Assembly: GCA_963822445.1 (NCBI GenBank)
Contig: CAWGHO010000002.1
Span: forward strand, 448,001 to 512,000
Reading direction: 5' to 3'
From: an uncultured Acidobacteriota bacterium
GTDB taxonomy: Bacteria > Acidobacteriota > Thermoanaerobaculia > Gp7-AA8
DNA: 64,000 nt
Made by a program: the position numbers and the translations under genes. Of this stretch, positions 19,511 to 29,126 are shown one piece after another. Within the stretch, counting starts at the first letter, position 1, and each line of letters starts with the position of its first letter. The notes under the pieces are model-generated. The model was not told the DNA's origin and did no database searches. It saw only the letters and a list, made by a program, of their open reading frames with translations.

Positions 19511-20533
19511 TCACACCACGCAAATCGCGTTGATGCGCGGCTCCACTTCTTCCACGTCGATCTGCACATCCACGAACTTCCGGATGATCTCGATGTTCGT
19601 CAGCGTGTGCTCGGTCAACGGTCCGGTGGTGAACGTGCCGCCGGCGCCGATGGCCATCGGCACGAGAAGCTGATCGGCGAGATGAGGTCCCGCGGCAACG
19701 GGCGCGACGAGATAGTCCTTCACCTCCGCGACCGCAGAATCAGCGACGTCCTCCGCGCGAACGCCCCTCGCGCCGAAGCCGGTGAAGATTTCAGTTACCT
19801 GCTCGGACTCGATCTCGATGGTGAGGACATTCCCCGGACCGGCTGAATCGACAGTCGCCTCGGCAAGCAGCCACTCCGGCGGCCAGGACATGCGCTCGGC
19901 GACGACGGCGAGCTCGCGCTCGGCGATGGACAGCGGAAGATGCGCGACCAGGGCGGTCGCGCGTCGCGACACGATCTCGCCGCGCGCCTCGAGGTTCAGC
20001 GGGCGGAACGTCGTCGGGCCGTCGACGCGCACCGAGACTCTTCCGCCGCCGGCAGGATAGAAACCGTGGCGGAGCAGTTCGACGTCGACGGTCGCGCCCA
20101 TCGTTCGCAGAAGCGGCACGAACGCTTTCACGAAGAAGTCGAAAGGCGGAGCGCCGGAGTTGTGCGTGCCGCCTTCGACGACGATCGAGCAACTGCCGTT
20201 CATCGTGAGCAGCACCGGCAGAACGGTCTGCACGACGAGCGTGGTGCTGCCGGCGGAGCCAATGGAGAAGAAGTAGTCGCCGCATTTCGGCTGGCCGGGA
20301 AGGAAGGTGAGCTGCTTCGATCCGAGCTCCGCGCCTTCGACAACGCCTTGCCCGATGACCGCTGCGGCGTTCACGGCCGCCAGATGCTGCCGGAGCAATC
20401 CCGGCTTGCTGCGTCGGGCGCGCACGTTTTCGAGGCGAAAGGGCTTCCCGGTGATGATCGAAAGGGCGAGCGCGGTCCGAAGAACCTGCCCTCCCCCTTC
20501 ACCGTGGGAACCGTCGATGACGATCGGATTCAC
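19511..20533 (-). CDS. rtcA: RNA 3'-terminal phosphate cyclase
   Basis: IDGSHGEGGGQVLRTAL, RSKPGLLRQH, GFYPAGGG, HLADQL, HTLTN. Confidence 0.96.
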   Translation of the reverse strand: MNPIVIDGSHGEGGGQVLRTALALSIITGKPFRLENVRARRSKPGLLRQHLAAVNAAAVIGQGVVEGAELGSKQLTFLPGQPKCGDYFFSIGSAGSTTLVVQTVLPVLLTMNGSCSIVVEGGTHNSGAPPFDFFVKAFVPLLRTMGATVDVELLRHGFYPAGGGRVSVRVDGPTTFRPLNLEARGEIVSRRATALVAHLPLSIAERELAVVAERMSWPPEWLLAEATVDSAGPGNVLTIEIESEQVTEIFTGFGARGVRAEDVADSAVAEVKDYLVAPVAAGPHLADQLLVPMAIGAGGTFTTGPLTEHTLTNIEIIRKFVDVQIDVEEVEPRINAICVV

Positions 20534-20562
20534 GGCACCGCTGATAACACTAAACTCGCCGC

Positions 20563-21273
20563 ATGACCCAGCACATCGGCATCGTGGCCTGCTCGGCCGA
20601 GGGCGCGGCGCTTTGTTATCGGACGATCTGCATCGAAGGCGCGGCGCTGCTCGGACCGCACGATCATCCCGAGGTGTCCATGCACACGCACTCGCTTGGC
20701 GAGTACATGAAGTGCATCAACCGCGACGATTGGGAAGCCGTGGGCGAACTGATGCTCTCGTCGGCGAACAAGCTGGCGGCAATCGGCGCCGACTTCCTGA
20801 TCTGTCCCGACAACACGATTCATCAGGCGCTGCCTCTCATCGCATCCCGATCGCCGCGGCCATGGCTGCACATCGCCGAAGTGGTCGCCGCGGAAGCAGC
20901 GGCGCGAGGGTTTCAGCGCCTCGGACTCACCGGCACGCGCTACCTGGTCAGCAGTGAGGTGTACCCGCAGAACTACGTACGCCCAACCGCGGATGAACGG
21001 GAGGAGATCAACCGGATCATCTTCGAGGAACTGGTTTACGGGGTGTTCAAGCCGAAGGCAGTCGTAACGTTTCAACGGGTCATCACAAGAATGAAAGAGG
21101 AGGGCTGCGACGCGGTAGTCCTCGGCTGCACAGAGATCCCGCTGATCATCAACGACTCGAATTCGCCTCTGCCGACTATTGACTCCACTCGCCTCCTCGC
21201 CCGCGCTGCTTTGCGGCGGGCAACAGGGAACGACGAGGGGCCTCCGGCGGGCGGCCACGGGCCGCAGCGCTGA
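20563..21273 (+). CDS. Aspartate/amino-acid racemase
   Basis: GADFLICPDNTIH and VVLGCTEIPL. Confidence 0.88.
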   Translation: MTQHIGIVACSAEGAALCYRTICIEGAALLGPHDHPEVSMHTHSLGEYMKCINRDDWEAVGELMLSSANKLAAIGADFLICPDNTIHQALPLIASRSPRPWLHIAEVVAAEAAARGFQRLGLTGTRYLVSSEVYPQNYVRPTADEREEINRIIFEELVYGVFKPKAVVTFQRVITRMKEEGCDAVVLGCTEIPLIINDSNSPLPTIDSTRLLARAALRRATGNDEGPPAGGHGPQR

Positions 21274-21378
21274 TGTTGGCGTGAGCGCGATCCGCGCCAG
21301 CTACCGCGAGCTAGGCAGAAGGCACGACCAGCGCTGCCGGCCCGTGGCCGGCCCGCCGGAGGCCTCCTGGTCGTCCCC
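21226..21378. repeat. MITE/REPIN-like palindromic element, copy 1
   Basis: Long inverted arms GGCCTCCGGCGGGCGGCCACGGGCCGCAGCGCTG; a near-identical inverted copy lies at 60987-61149. Confidence 0.85.
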
Positions 21379-21405
21379 TTTTGCAACCATTCATAATCGC
21401 GGGGC

Positions 21406-22275
21406 ATGGAGATCACGCTGTCGTACCGGCCGCCGTACGACTGGGACGCGCTGTCGCGATTCCTGGCGGCGCGGGCGGGACGCGGGGTGGAGGTCGTCGA
21501 CGGGCACCACTACGCGCGGACGTTCGAGATCGATGGCGCGGCGGGGCATATCGAAGCGACGCCGACGCAAGAGCACCATCGCTTCGAAGTTGCCATTCAC
21601 GCCGCGCGTGTTACCGCGATTCCGAAAGTCGTCGCGCGACTGAGGCGGTTGCTCGATCTCGATGCGGATCCCGCGGTGATCTCGTCGCATCTGGGCGAGG
21701 ATCCCGCGCTCCGGAAGCTCGTGTCGGCGCGTCCCGGGCTGCGTCTTCCCGGCGCGTGGGATGGCTTCGAGATCGCGGTGCGCGCGATTCTCGGACAGCA
21801 GGTCACCGTCGCCGCGGCGACGCAGTTGTCAGGAAAACTGATCGCCGCGTTCGGCCAGCCGTACGACGCGTCGCCGCGAACGGAGGGGCTGACCCATCTC
21901 TTTCCGACCGCGGAGCGGCTTCGCGAGGCCGACATCGCGTCGATCGGAATGCCGAAGGCGCGCGCAGCATCGATCTCGGCGCTGGCCGCGGCGACGCTGA
22001 ACGATCCCACGCTGTTCGAAGCCGGTCAGGATCTCGGCGAGGCCATCGCGCGATTGCGGATGATTCCGGGGATCGGTGAGTGGACGGCGCAGTACATCGC
22101 CATGCGCGCGCTGCATGGCAGCGATGCCTTTCCGTCGGGCGACGTCGCGTTGCAGCGGGCGCTGGCTGATGGAAATGGCCGGCCGAATGCAAACCAGACC
22201 GAAGCACGCGCGGAAGCATGGCGTCCGTGGCGTGCGTACGCAGCGATTCATCTCTGGACAGGAGACTCACAGTGA
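21406..22275 (+). CDS. alkA: DNA-3-methyladenine glycosylase II (AlkA-N plus HhH-GPD)
   Basis: LSYRPPYDW, AVRAILGQQVTV, IPGIGEWTAQY, WRPWRAYA. Confidence 0.92.
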   Translation: MEITLSYRPPYDWDALSRFLAARAGRGVEVVDGHHYARTFEIDGAAGHIEATPTQEHHRFEVAIHAARVTAIPKVVARLRRLLDLDADPAVISSHLGEDPALRKLVSARPGLRLPGAWDGFEIAVRAILGQQVTVAAATQLSGKLIAAFGQPYDASPRTEGLTHLFPTAERLREADIASIGMPKARAASISALAAATLNDPTLFEAGQDLGEAIARLRMIPGIGEWTAQYIAMRALHGSDAFPSGDVALQRALADGNGRPNANQTEARAEAWRPWRAYAAIHLWTGDSQ

Positions 22276-23066
22276 CCTTTCGAAGCCTTCATGAATCAGG
22301 ACAATTTCTCATCCTTCCCAACGCGTGGGATGCGGGCAGCGCGCGGATCATCGAATCGAGCGGCGCGAAGGCGATCGCCACGTCCAGCGCGGCGGTGGCG
22401 TGGGCGAACGGCTATCCCGACGGCAACGCTCTGCCGCCGGAGATGCTCACGCGCACGATCGAGGCAATCACGCGCGTCATCGGCATCCCCCTTTCGGTGG
22501 ACAGCGAAGGCGGCTACTCGAACGATGCCGCGCAAGTCGGCGAGAACATTCTTGCGTTCGTGAATGCCGGCGCGGTCGGCATCAACATCGAGGATGGAAG
22601 CGAGTCGCCCGATCTGATGTGCGCGAAGATCGAGGCCGCGAAACGCGCGGGCGAAAAAGCGGGTGTGGATCTCTTCGTCAACGCCCGCGTCGACGTGCTG
22701 CTGAAACAGCTCACACCGCCGGAGCAAGCGATCGAGGAGACGCTCGCACGTGCGGCGCGCTACCGCGATGCCGGATGCGACGGCATCTTCGTGCCGATGT
22801 TGACGCGCGAGCACGAGATCGAGGCCGTCGTTCGCGGGATCGATCCGTTGCCGCTCAACGTGATGTGCGTGCCAAACCTCCCTCCCGCTTCGGAACTGCG
22901 GCGGCTGGGCGTGCGCCGGTTGAGCGCGGGAGCTTCGATCTCGAAGGCGGCGATCAGTCTGACCAAGCAGCTTGCCACTGAGTTTCTGGCGGATGGCGAC
23001 TCCGCGGCCGTGTACCGGCACGTCACGGACAAGACGGACATCAACGCGTTATTCCGGGGTCGCTGA
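22272..23066 (+). CDS. Isocitrate lyase / PEP mutase family protein
   Basis: LPNAWDAGSA, VDSEGGY, GINIED, VNARVD; GTG overlaps the alkA stop. Confidence 0.9.
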   Translation: MTFRSLHESGQFLILPNAWDAGSARIIESSGAKAIATSSAAVAWANGYPDGNALPPEMLTRTIEAITRVIGIPLSVDSEGGYSNDAAQVGENILAFVNAGAVGINIEDGSESPDLMCAKIEAAKRAGEKAGVDLFVNARVDVLLKQLTPPEQAIEETLARAARYRDAGCDGIFVPMLTREHEIEAVVRGIDPLPLNVMCVPNLPPASELRRLGVRRLSAGASISKAAISLTKQLATEFLADGDSAAVYRHVTDKTDINALFRGR

Positions 23067-23130
23067 GGTGTGGTGCAGGCTTCCAGCCTGCCCTTACCGT
23101 CACAGGCAGGCCAGAGGGCTGCACCACACC
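23067..23130. repeat. REP doublet (GTGG-type)
   Basis: GGTGTGGTGCAGGC...GCTGCACCACACC; same family as 25652-25721. Confidence 0.8.
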
Positions 23131-23135
23131 CGCAG

Positions 23136-24398
23136 TTAAACAGCGAGCAATCCCGGATAGAGCACGCCGTCGGGCGTGTCGAAGTCGAGTCCGAGAAGCT
23201 CGGCGATGAGCGGGGCGATGCAGGTCAGCGGTAATTGCGTGACGGATGCGCCGGCGCGGATGCCCGCGCCGCAGGCGACGAAGCCGGTGTGCATGTCCGG
23301 CATGTCTGGATGGTGGCCGTGGCTCATGCCCGGATTCGGTTGCATGTCCGGCGCTTCGAAACGGTCGTCGATCACGAATCCCGCTCCGGCGGCGAGTGCG
23401 AAGGGCGATTCGCTGTCGCTTCCCAGCTCGATCAATTCATCACGCTCGACGATGCGGAACGTCTCCCGCTTTCCGCGCGGCAACTCGTCGAGCACGCGGC
23501 GCACCGCGTTCACGTTGTCGTCGGCGGGATCGTTGACGCGCAAGAACGCCGATCCGCCCAACGCGAAGAATCGCGCGCGATCGCGCAATCCCGCCTCGCT
23601 GAGCCACACGTTCGGCCGCAGCTGTGTGTGCACTTCGGTGTTCCCATGGTCGCCCGTGACGATGATCGCCGTCGTGTCCCAGGCCTTCGTCCGCTCGATG
23701 ACTTCGAGGAGCACGCTGACCACCTGATCCGAGGCGGCGACGGCTCGCTCGCGGCGGGGGTTGCGCCAGTCTGGTTCCTGCAGGACCTGTCCCGCGGCCT
23801 GCGTGTGCAGCATCAGCAACGTGGGGCGGTACTGTTCGAAGAGGTAGCGCGCGATCAGCGCGACCTGCAGATCGTGCATGAGGAACTTGTTGTTGAAGTT
23901 CTCCGGGGTCATGCGGCCGGTGGCCTCGCGCTCGAGCTCTTCGAGCAGTCCGCGAGGCTGATCGTTGCCGCGGAGGGCGGCCACGAGATCCTGCTGCTCG
24001 CCGGGCCAGATGTCCGGGATGCAGCGGTCGATGGCCGCCCCCACGGTGAGCGGCCAAAGGATGGACGCGGACGTACCGCCGCGTGCGCGAACGGCATCCC
24101 AGAGCGCGGGCACGCGAATGAGGCTCGCATCCTTCAGCCAGGGCGCGTTGCCCGGCTTGAATTCGCGGTTATGAAAAATGCCGTGACGCGCGGGCAACGC
24201 GCCGGTAGCGAGGGTGGTGTGTCCGGGATACGACAGCGCGGGGAACACGGCGCGCACCGATTCGGCGTGCGCGCCTTCGCGGTAGATCTGCTGGATGGCA
24301 GGCGCCGGCCATCGCTCGTCGAGATAGAACGCCGGCAACAGGCCGTCGACGCTCACCAGGATCACGTGCTGCGCTCTGGGCGTCTTCTTCGTCTTCAC
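23136..24398 (-). CDS. Alkaline phosphatase superfamily nucleotide pyrophosphatase/phosphodiesterase
   Basis: VILVSVDG, FPALSYPGH, TGDHG, SHG; start at GTG 24398 is an estimate. Confidence 0.85.
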   Translation of the reverse strand: MKTKKTPRAQHVILVSVDGLLPAFYLDERWPAPAIQQIYREGAHAESVRAVFPALSYPGHTTLATGALPARHGIFHNREFKPGNAPWLKDASLIRVPALWDAVRARGGTSASILWPLTVGAAIDRCIPDIWPGEQQDLVAALRGNDQPRGLLEELEREATGRMTPENFNNKFLMHDLQVALIARYLFEQYRPTLLMLHTQAAGQVLQEPDWRNPRRERAVAASDQVVSVLLEVIERTKAWDTTAIIVTGDHGNTEVHTQLRPNVWLSEAGLRDRARFFALGGSAFLRVNDPADDNVNAVRRVLDELPRGKRETFRIVERDELIELGSDSESPFALAAGAGFVIDDRFEAPDMQPNPGMSHGHHPDMPDMHTGFVACGAGIRAGASVTQLPLTCIAPLIAELLGLDFDTPDGVLYPGLLAV

Positions 24399-24432
24399 GT
24401 CGCGATGTTCCCTGCAGCGATGGGGCCACGCG

Positions 24433-25614
24433 TCAGTGGCGCGCGGATCGCCTGCGGTTCGGCTGCTGGGACGCGGTGCGGAAGACTTCGATGCCGCCGC
24501 CCGTCGGGCAGCCGGATTCGCCGGCGAAGGTCGCGATGATCTCGGCGCGGCCGTCGGCGTCGAGATCGGCCACGCGCACGGCGTACGCGGGGCAGCCGGG
24601 ACGCCACGCCGAGGGACTGATGTCGCCGTCGCGCACGACCGATCCGCGGCCGTCGCCGCGGAACGTGAGCAGCCGGCCGTCCTGCAGGGCGGCGACGACG
24701 TCCTTCGCGCCGTCGCCATTGAGATCGCCCGTTGCGACCGCGGCGATCACCGCACCTTCTTCCGTCCAGAGCTGCAGCGGCGGGCGTGAGCCGGCCGGGA
24801 ACGACACCAGCTCGAGCGACGCCGCGCGCGGGGCGCTGGCGGAATAACCGATGACGATCTCGTCGAGACCGTCGCCGTCGAAATCCGCCATATCGACGCC
24901 GCGCACGGTGGAAGGCGTAAGCACCGTTTCGATCTCGCGGCGCGCGAGCGCGCCATCGGAGCCGAGTCGCAACACGCGGTGATCGCCGGCGTTGTAGGTG
25001 GCGGTGACGAGATCGGGAAGGCCGTCGCCATCGACGTCACCCGCGGCGATGGCGTCGCCGTGGATCAAGTCGGTGCTCTTCGAATGCGTCGTTCTCCAGG
25101 CCGATCCGAGATTCTCGAAGACGGTCACGCCCATCTGCACGCTGTACAGCGGCCGCGGCCCATCGCTCAGCGCGGCAACGTCGAGGCGGCCATCGGCGTT
25201 CCAGTCGATCACCGTGAGCGCGCGCGAGGAGAACGTGGACGGATACGTGAAGCCGTCGGACACGGCGGTGAACTTCCCCTGGCCGTCGCCCAGCAAAACG
25301 ATCACGCCGATGTAGTGCGAGCCGACGGCGAGGTCCATCGCGCCGTTGCCGTCGAAATCGGCCGCGGCGACCGCGCCGTAATCGAACAGCATCGCCGGGA
25401 ACTTCGTCCCCATCCAGCGCTCGAAGCGGCCCTTCCCGTCATTGAGAAAGATCACCGGAGGGCCGGGCTGTTTGCGCGGCGAGGTGAAAACGAGATCGGG
25501 ATGACCGTCGCCGTTCATGTCCGCGACGGCGAAGCCGTGGCGCCACATGCCGGTTTGCGGCAAACCGGTGTCGACGGGATGGAACGTGAGAAGGGCGGCG
25601 AGGACCAGGAGCAC
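24433..25614 (-). CDS. FG-GAP/VCBS repeat exported protein
   Basis: Repeated D-x-N/D-G-D-G-xx-D motifs; C-terminus RRRSARH. Confidence 0.88.
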   Translation of the reverse strand: MLLVLAALLTFHPVDTGLPQTGMWRHGFAVADMNGDGHPDLVFTSPRKQPGPPVIFLNDGKGRFERWMGTKFPAMLFDYGAVAAADFDGNGAMDLAVGSHYIGVIVLLGDGQGKFTAVSDGFTYPSTFSSRALTVIDWNADGRLDVAALSDGPRPLYSVQMGVTVFENLGSAWRTTHSKSTDLIHGDAIAAGDVDGDGLPDLVTATYNAGDHRVLRLGSDGALARREIETVLTPSTVRGVDMADFDGDGLDEIVIGYSASAPRAASLELVSFPAGSRPPLQLWTEEGAVIAAVATGDLNGDGAKDVVAALQDGRLLTFRGDGRGSVVRDGDISPSAWRPGCPAYAVRVADLDADGRAEIIATFAGESGCPTGGGIEVFRTASQQPNRRRSARH

Positions 25615-25651
25615 TGGGAAGTTATTTTACATGCACCGGCCGGGGTGCTGC

Positions 25652-25721
25652 GTGTGGTGCAGGCCTCCGGCCTGCCTCCGGGCGGGGGTAACCAGAGGCA
25701 GGCCGGAGGCCTGCACCACAC
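25652..25721. repeat. REP doublet (GTGG-type)
   Basis: GTGTGGTGCAGGCCTCCGGCCTGCCTC...GAGGCAGGCCGGAGGCCTGCACCACAC. Confidence 0.8.
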
Positions 25722-25731
25722 CACTAACAAC

Positions 25732-26340
25732 TCAGAAGCGGAGCTTGATGCCGCCGGAGATGATCAGCGGGTTGAGGTCGATCGCTTCGCCGTCGCTGTC
25801 CCCTTCGCCGCGGGCCTCGTACAGGATGTACTTGCCGTCGAGGAACACCGCGAAGTTCGCGCCGAGGCCGACGTTGATCCCTGCGTTCGCCAGGAATTCG
25901 AGCTCGCTCTCGAGATCGGTGTCCTCCAACTCGTCCTCATCGATCGAGCCGGCATCGCCGCTGATGTAGGCGACACCGCCGCCGATGTACGGGCTGATCA
26001 TGCTGCCGCGCGCGAAGTGAAGCTGCGCGGTGCCCGAAAGGATGTCCAGATTGAGGTCACCCGCCTCCTCGGCGATGTCCTGGAACGACACCGTCAGATC
26101 GGCGCCGAGCTTCTGATAGGCAAACTCCGTGGAGAGGCCCCCCATCCAGAAACGGTTGTAGAGAAGGCCGTAGCCCATGTCCTCTTCCCATTCGAGGTCG
26201 AAGAGATCGCCGGCGTCCTGGATCTCGCTGTCATCGAGCTGTGACGTGGAGATGAAGACGCCGAGCTCGTTGTTGTGCTGGGCGGTGGCGAAGAGAGGGA
26301 GAAGAAGAAGAGAGAGAACGACCAGAGTCCGTTTGATCAC
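25732..26340 (-). CDS. OmpW-like outer-membrane beta-barrel
   Basis: GTG start with GGAGG; signal peptide; SPYIGGGVAY; terminal NPLIISGGIKLRF. Confidence 0.88.
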   Translation of the reverse strand: MIKRTLVVLSLLLLPLFATAQHNNELGVFISTSQLDDSEIQDAGDLFDLEWEEDMGYGLLYNRFWMGGLSTEFAYQKLGADLTVSFQDIAEEAGDLNLDILSGTAQLHFARGSMISPYIGGGVAYISGDAGSIDEDELEDTDLESELEFLANAGINVGLGANFAVFLDGKYILYEARGEGDSDGEAIDLNPLIISGGIKLRF

Positions 26341-26407
26341 AATGCCTCCAGGTAACACGACGTGGTCCGCATGACGGAGTCGCGTTCTTGCCAAGGTGAT
26401 GCCTGCA

Positions 26408-27961
26408 TCACATTGTGGAGATATCTGCGGCCTTCCGGAGACGCGCCTCCTGAAGAGCTCGTGTAAGACCTGCCGCCTCGGATCCCGCCGCGGCAAGCGC
26501 GTCACGCAACTGTTTCTCCGCCGCATTCGTGGTTTCCAGCCTGCTGGTGAGGCGCGCCAGCGTCGATTCGAGCGCGCCCGCGGCGGCGCGATGCTCGGCG
26601 AGCCGGCGTACGGTTTTGCTGCGGCTGCCGATCAGCAATTGCTGATCGCGCAGTGAAAGGTCGTCAGCAAAGTCGTAACGGAAATCATCGAGGGCCTGCT
26701 GTTCGTCGGCAATCTTTGCGTTCAGCGCGGCCAGCTCCTGCCGGGACGTCAGCATCTGCTGCTCGATCTCATCGCCGGTTTTCGAAGTCGTGGCGAGATC
26801 GTCGCGCAGGCGGGCGATGTCGGAGTGGAGCGTTCCGCTGAGCGACTGCAGCGCGCCTTCCTGCGTTTCCAGCCGTTCGATCGCTGTCGCGGTCTGGTCG
26901 CGGAGACGATCCGTCGCGTCGCGCATCTGCTGCCCGTTCTCGAACCAGTCGGCGAAACGGATCGGATTCATGAGACCCGGCTGCTCGCGCGGATCGAGGC
27001 GATGGCTGAACGCGCCAGCCAGCATGCGCGCGTACGCAGCCTGCAGCCGCGCGTTGTAGTAGATGCGCACCGATTCGGGTTGGAACAGCTTCAGACAGAC
27101 CAGGCCGAGGAACATGAAGACCAGGAAGGCTTTGATGTTGCGGCGGGTCGTGCGAAACGAGGGAGAGGTTTCCATCTCCGCGAGCACGCGGGCGCGCGTG
27201 TCCGGACCCTGCCGCACGAGATCGACGCCGTAGCGATTCGCCAGCACTTCCGGCGTCGCCCGATCGAATGATTGCAACTCGACCGACTTCGCCGATTCCA
27301 GCGCCGCGATCTGAGTCTGCAGCGCCTGAATGTCGCCGGTGATGGCGTCGGAGGTCGGGCCTTTTCCATACCGTCCGCTCGCGCCAGTGCCGGCGATCTC
27401 CCGTTCCAGATCGCGATGACGGCTCGTCAGAAGAGTGCGCGCACCGTCGATGCGTTTGTCGAAGTTCGTCGCGACTTCCGCTCGCTTCGAGGCAACGGTC
27501 TGATCGTTGCGGCGCTTGATGTTCGCCTCGATGTCGCGGGCGAAGAACAACTGCGTCAGAAAAGGCGCAGTCACCGTGAACGTGAGCACGACCAGGATGA
27601 TCCGGGCGACCACGGCGACGTGATCGCGATGCACGTTCCGCCGAATGCGCTGCCAGAAGCCCGCGTCGGCAGGCTCTTCCTCCTTCTCGTCCGTGCGCCG
27701 CCGCGAGCGGTCGTGCATGACGAACATCGCATCGACGCTGCCGACGAGCATCAGCACGACCAGTCCCGCAACCGCGGCCGAGACATACGCCGCGGTGCCG
27801 GTGGCTGTGGTGTAGCCGAAGTAAGCCCAGGCCACGGCGTCACAGAAGGCAATCGAGAGGATGTTCAGCGCGGCCAGGATCATCCAGGTCTCGGCCACGC
27901 CGTCGAGCAGATTGTTTCCGTAAGGTTTGAGGGTGAACAGTTTCCGAAGGGTTCCGAGCAT
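26408..27961 (-). CDS. DUF4407-like membrane protein with long coiled-coil C-terminus
   Basis: N-terminal TMs, PFLTQLFFARDI, EIAGTGASGRYGKGP, heptad-rich tail. Confidence 0.7.
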   Translation of the reverse strand: MLGTLRKLFTLKPYGNNLLDGVAETWMILAALNILSIAFCDAVAWAYFGYTTATGTAAYVSAAVAGLVVLMLVGSVDAMFVMHDRSRRRTDEKEEEPADAGFWQRIRRNVHRDHVAVVARIILVVLTFTVTAPFLTQLFFARDIEANIKRRNDQTVASKRAEVATNFDKRIDGARTLLTSRHRDLEREIAGTGASGRYGKGPTSDAITGDIQALQTQIAALESAKSVELQSFDRATPEVLANRYGVDLVRQGPDTRARVLAEMETSPSFRTTRRNIKAFLVFMFLGLVCLKLFQPESVRIYYNARLQAAYARMLAGAFSHRLDPREQPGLMNPIRFADWFENGQQMRDATDRLRDQTATAIERLETQEGALQSLSGTLHSDIARLRDDLATTSKTGDEIEQQMLTSRQELAALNAKIADEQQALDDFRYDFADDLSLRDQQLLIGSRSKTVRRLAEHRAAAGALESTLARLTSRLETTNAAEKQLRDALAAAGSEAAGLTRALQEARLRKAADISTM

Positions 27962-28054
27962 CGGGTCAGCGGGGCTCCATACCGGCTAGTTACGCGCGGG
28001 ATGGCGTTTGGTGCACACGGAACCTTTGGCTGTTTTGTGCGTAGTGTGTTCGTC

Positions 28055-29116
28055 ATGATCAAACGCCTCGCACTTCTCGCGCTGTTCGCAACCACACCGC
28101 TCTTCGCGCAGTTCGGCCCGGAGCCCGACTTCACCATCACCGCCGCCGACCGCGCCCAGGTGATCGACAACTCGATCGCGAAGCTCAACCAGTACTACGT
28201 CTTCCCGGAGACGGCGAAGAAGATGGAGCAGGCCGTCCGCGCCCGCGCCGCCAAAGGCGAGTACGACAAGATCACCAGCGCCCGCGAGCTGGCCGACAAG
28301 CTGACCGCCGACTTCCGCGAAGTCAGCAAGGACAAGCACCTCGGCATCCGCTACAGCAACAACCCCATCCCCGATCGCCCGTTCAACGAAACGCCGTCGC
28401 CCGAGCAGATCGAGCAGCAGAAGGCCTTCGCCGCGAAATTGAATTACGGATTCGAGAAAGTGGAGCGGCTGCAGGGCAACATCGGCCTCGTCGACATCCG
28501 CGGGTTCATTCCGCCCGAGGTTGGCGGGGAGACGGCGGCGGCGGCGATGACGTTCGTCGCGAATACCGACGCGCTCATCGTCGACCTCCGTTTCAACGGC
28601 GGCGGCGAGCCGGCCATGATCGCCTTCCTGACGAGCTACCTCTTCGACGAGCCGACCCACCTCAACGACATCTACGAGCCGTACAGAAACATGACCCAGC
28701 AGTGGTGGACGGCCGGCTTCGTCCCGGGACGGCGCTTCGGTGGCAAGAAGCCGGTGTATGTGCTGACCAGCAATCGCACGTTCTCCGGCGGTGAGGAGTT
28801 CGCGTACAACCTCAAGAACCTGAAGCGCGGCACGATCATCGGCGAGACCACCGGCGGCGGTGCGCATCCGGTGAACGGAGTGAAAGTCAGCGAGCACTTC
28901 GAGATCGGCGTTCCCTTCGCGCGGGCGATCAGCCCGATCACGAAGACGAACTGGGAAGGCACCGGCGTCACGCCCGACATCAGCGTTCCCGCCGATCAGG
29001 CGTTCGACAAGGCGTACGTCTTGGCGCTGGAGCAGGTCGTGGCGGCGACGACCGATCCGCAGCGGAGGGCGGGATTGCAGCGGGTGCTGGACGAAAAGAA
29101 AAAGAAGACCATTTAG
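28055..29116 (+). CDS. S41 family peptidase (IRBP-like)
   Basis: Signal peptide; LIVDLRFNGGG, TFSGGE, IGETTGGGAHP, NWEGTGVTPD. Confidence 0.93.
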   Translation: MIKRLALLALFATTPLFAQFGPEPDFTITAADRAQVIDNSIAKLNQYYVFPETAKKMEQAVRARAAKGEYDKITSARELADKLTADFREVSKDKHLGIRYSNNPIPDRPFNETPSPEQIEQQKAFAAKLNYGFEKVERLQGNIGLVDIRGFIPPEVGGETAAAAMTFVANTDALIVDLRFNGGGEPAMIAFLTSYLFDEPTHLNDIYEPYRNMTQQWWTAGFVPGRRFGGKKPVYVLTSNRTFSGGEEFAYNLKNLKRGTIIGETTGGGAHPVNGVKVSEHFEIGVPFARAISPITKTNWEGTGVTPDISVPADQAFDKAYVLALEQVVAATTDPQRRAGLQRVLDEKKKKTI

Positions 29117-29126
29117 AATTCAGGCC

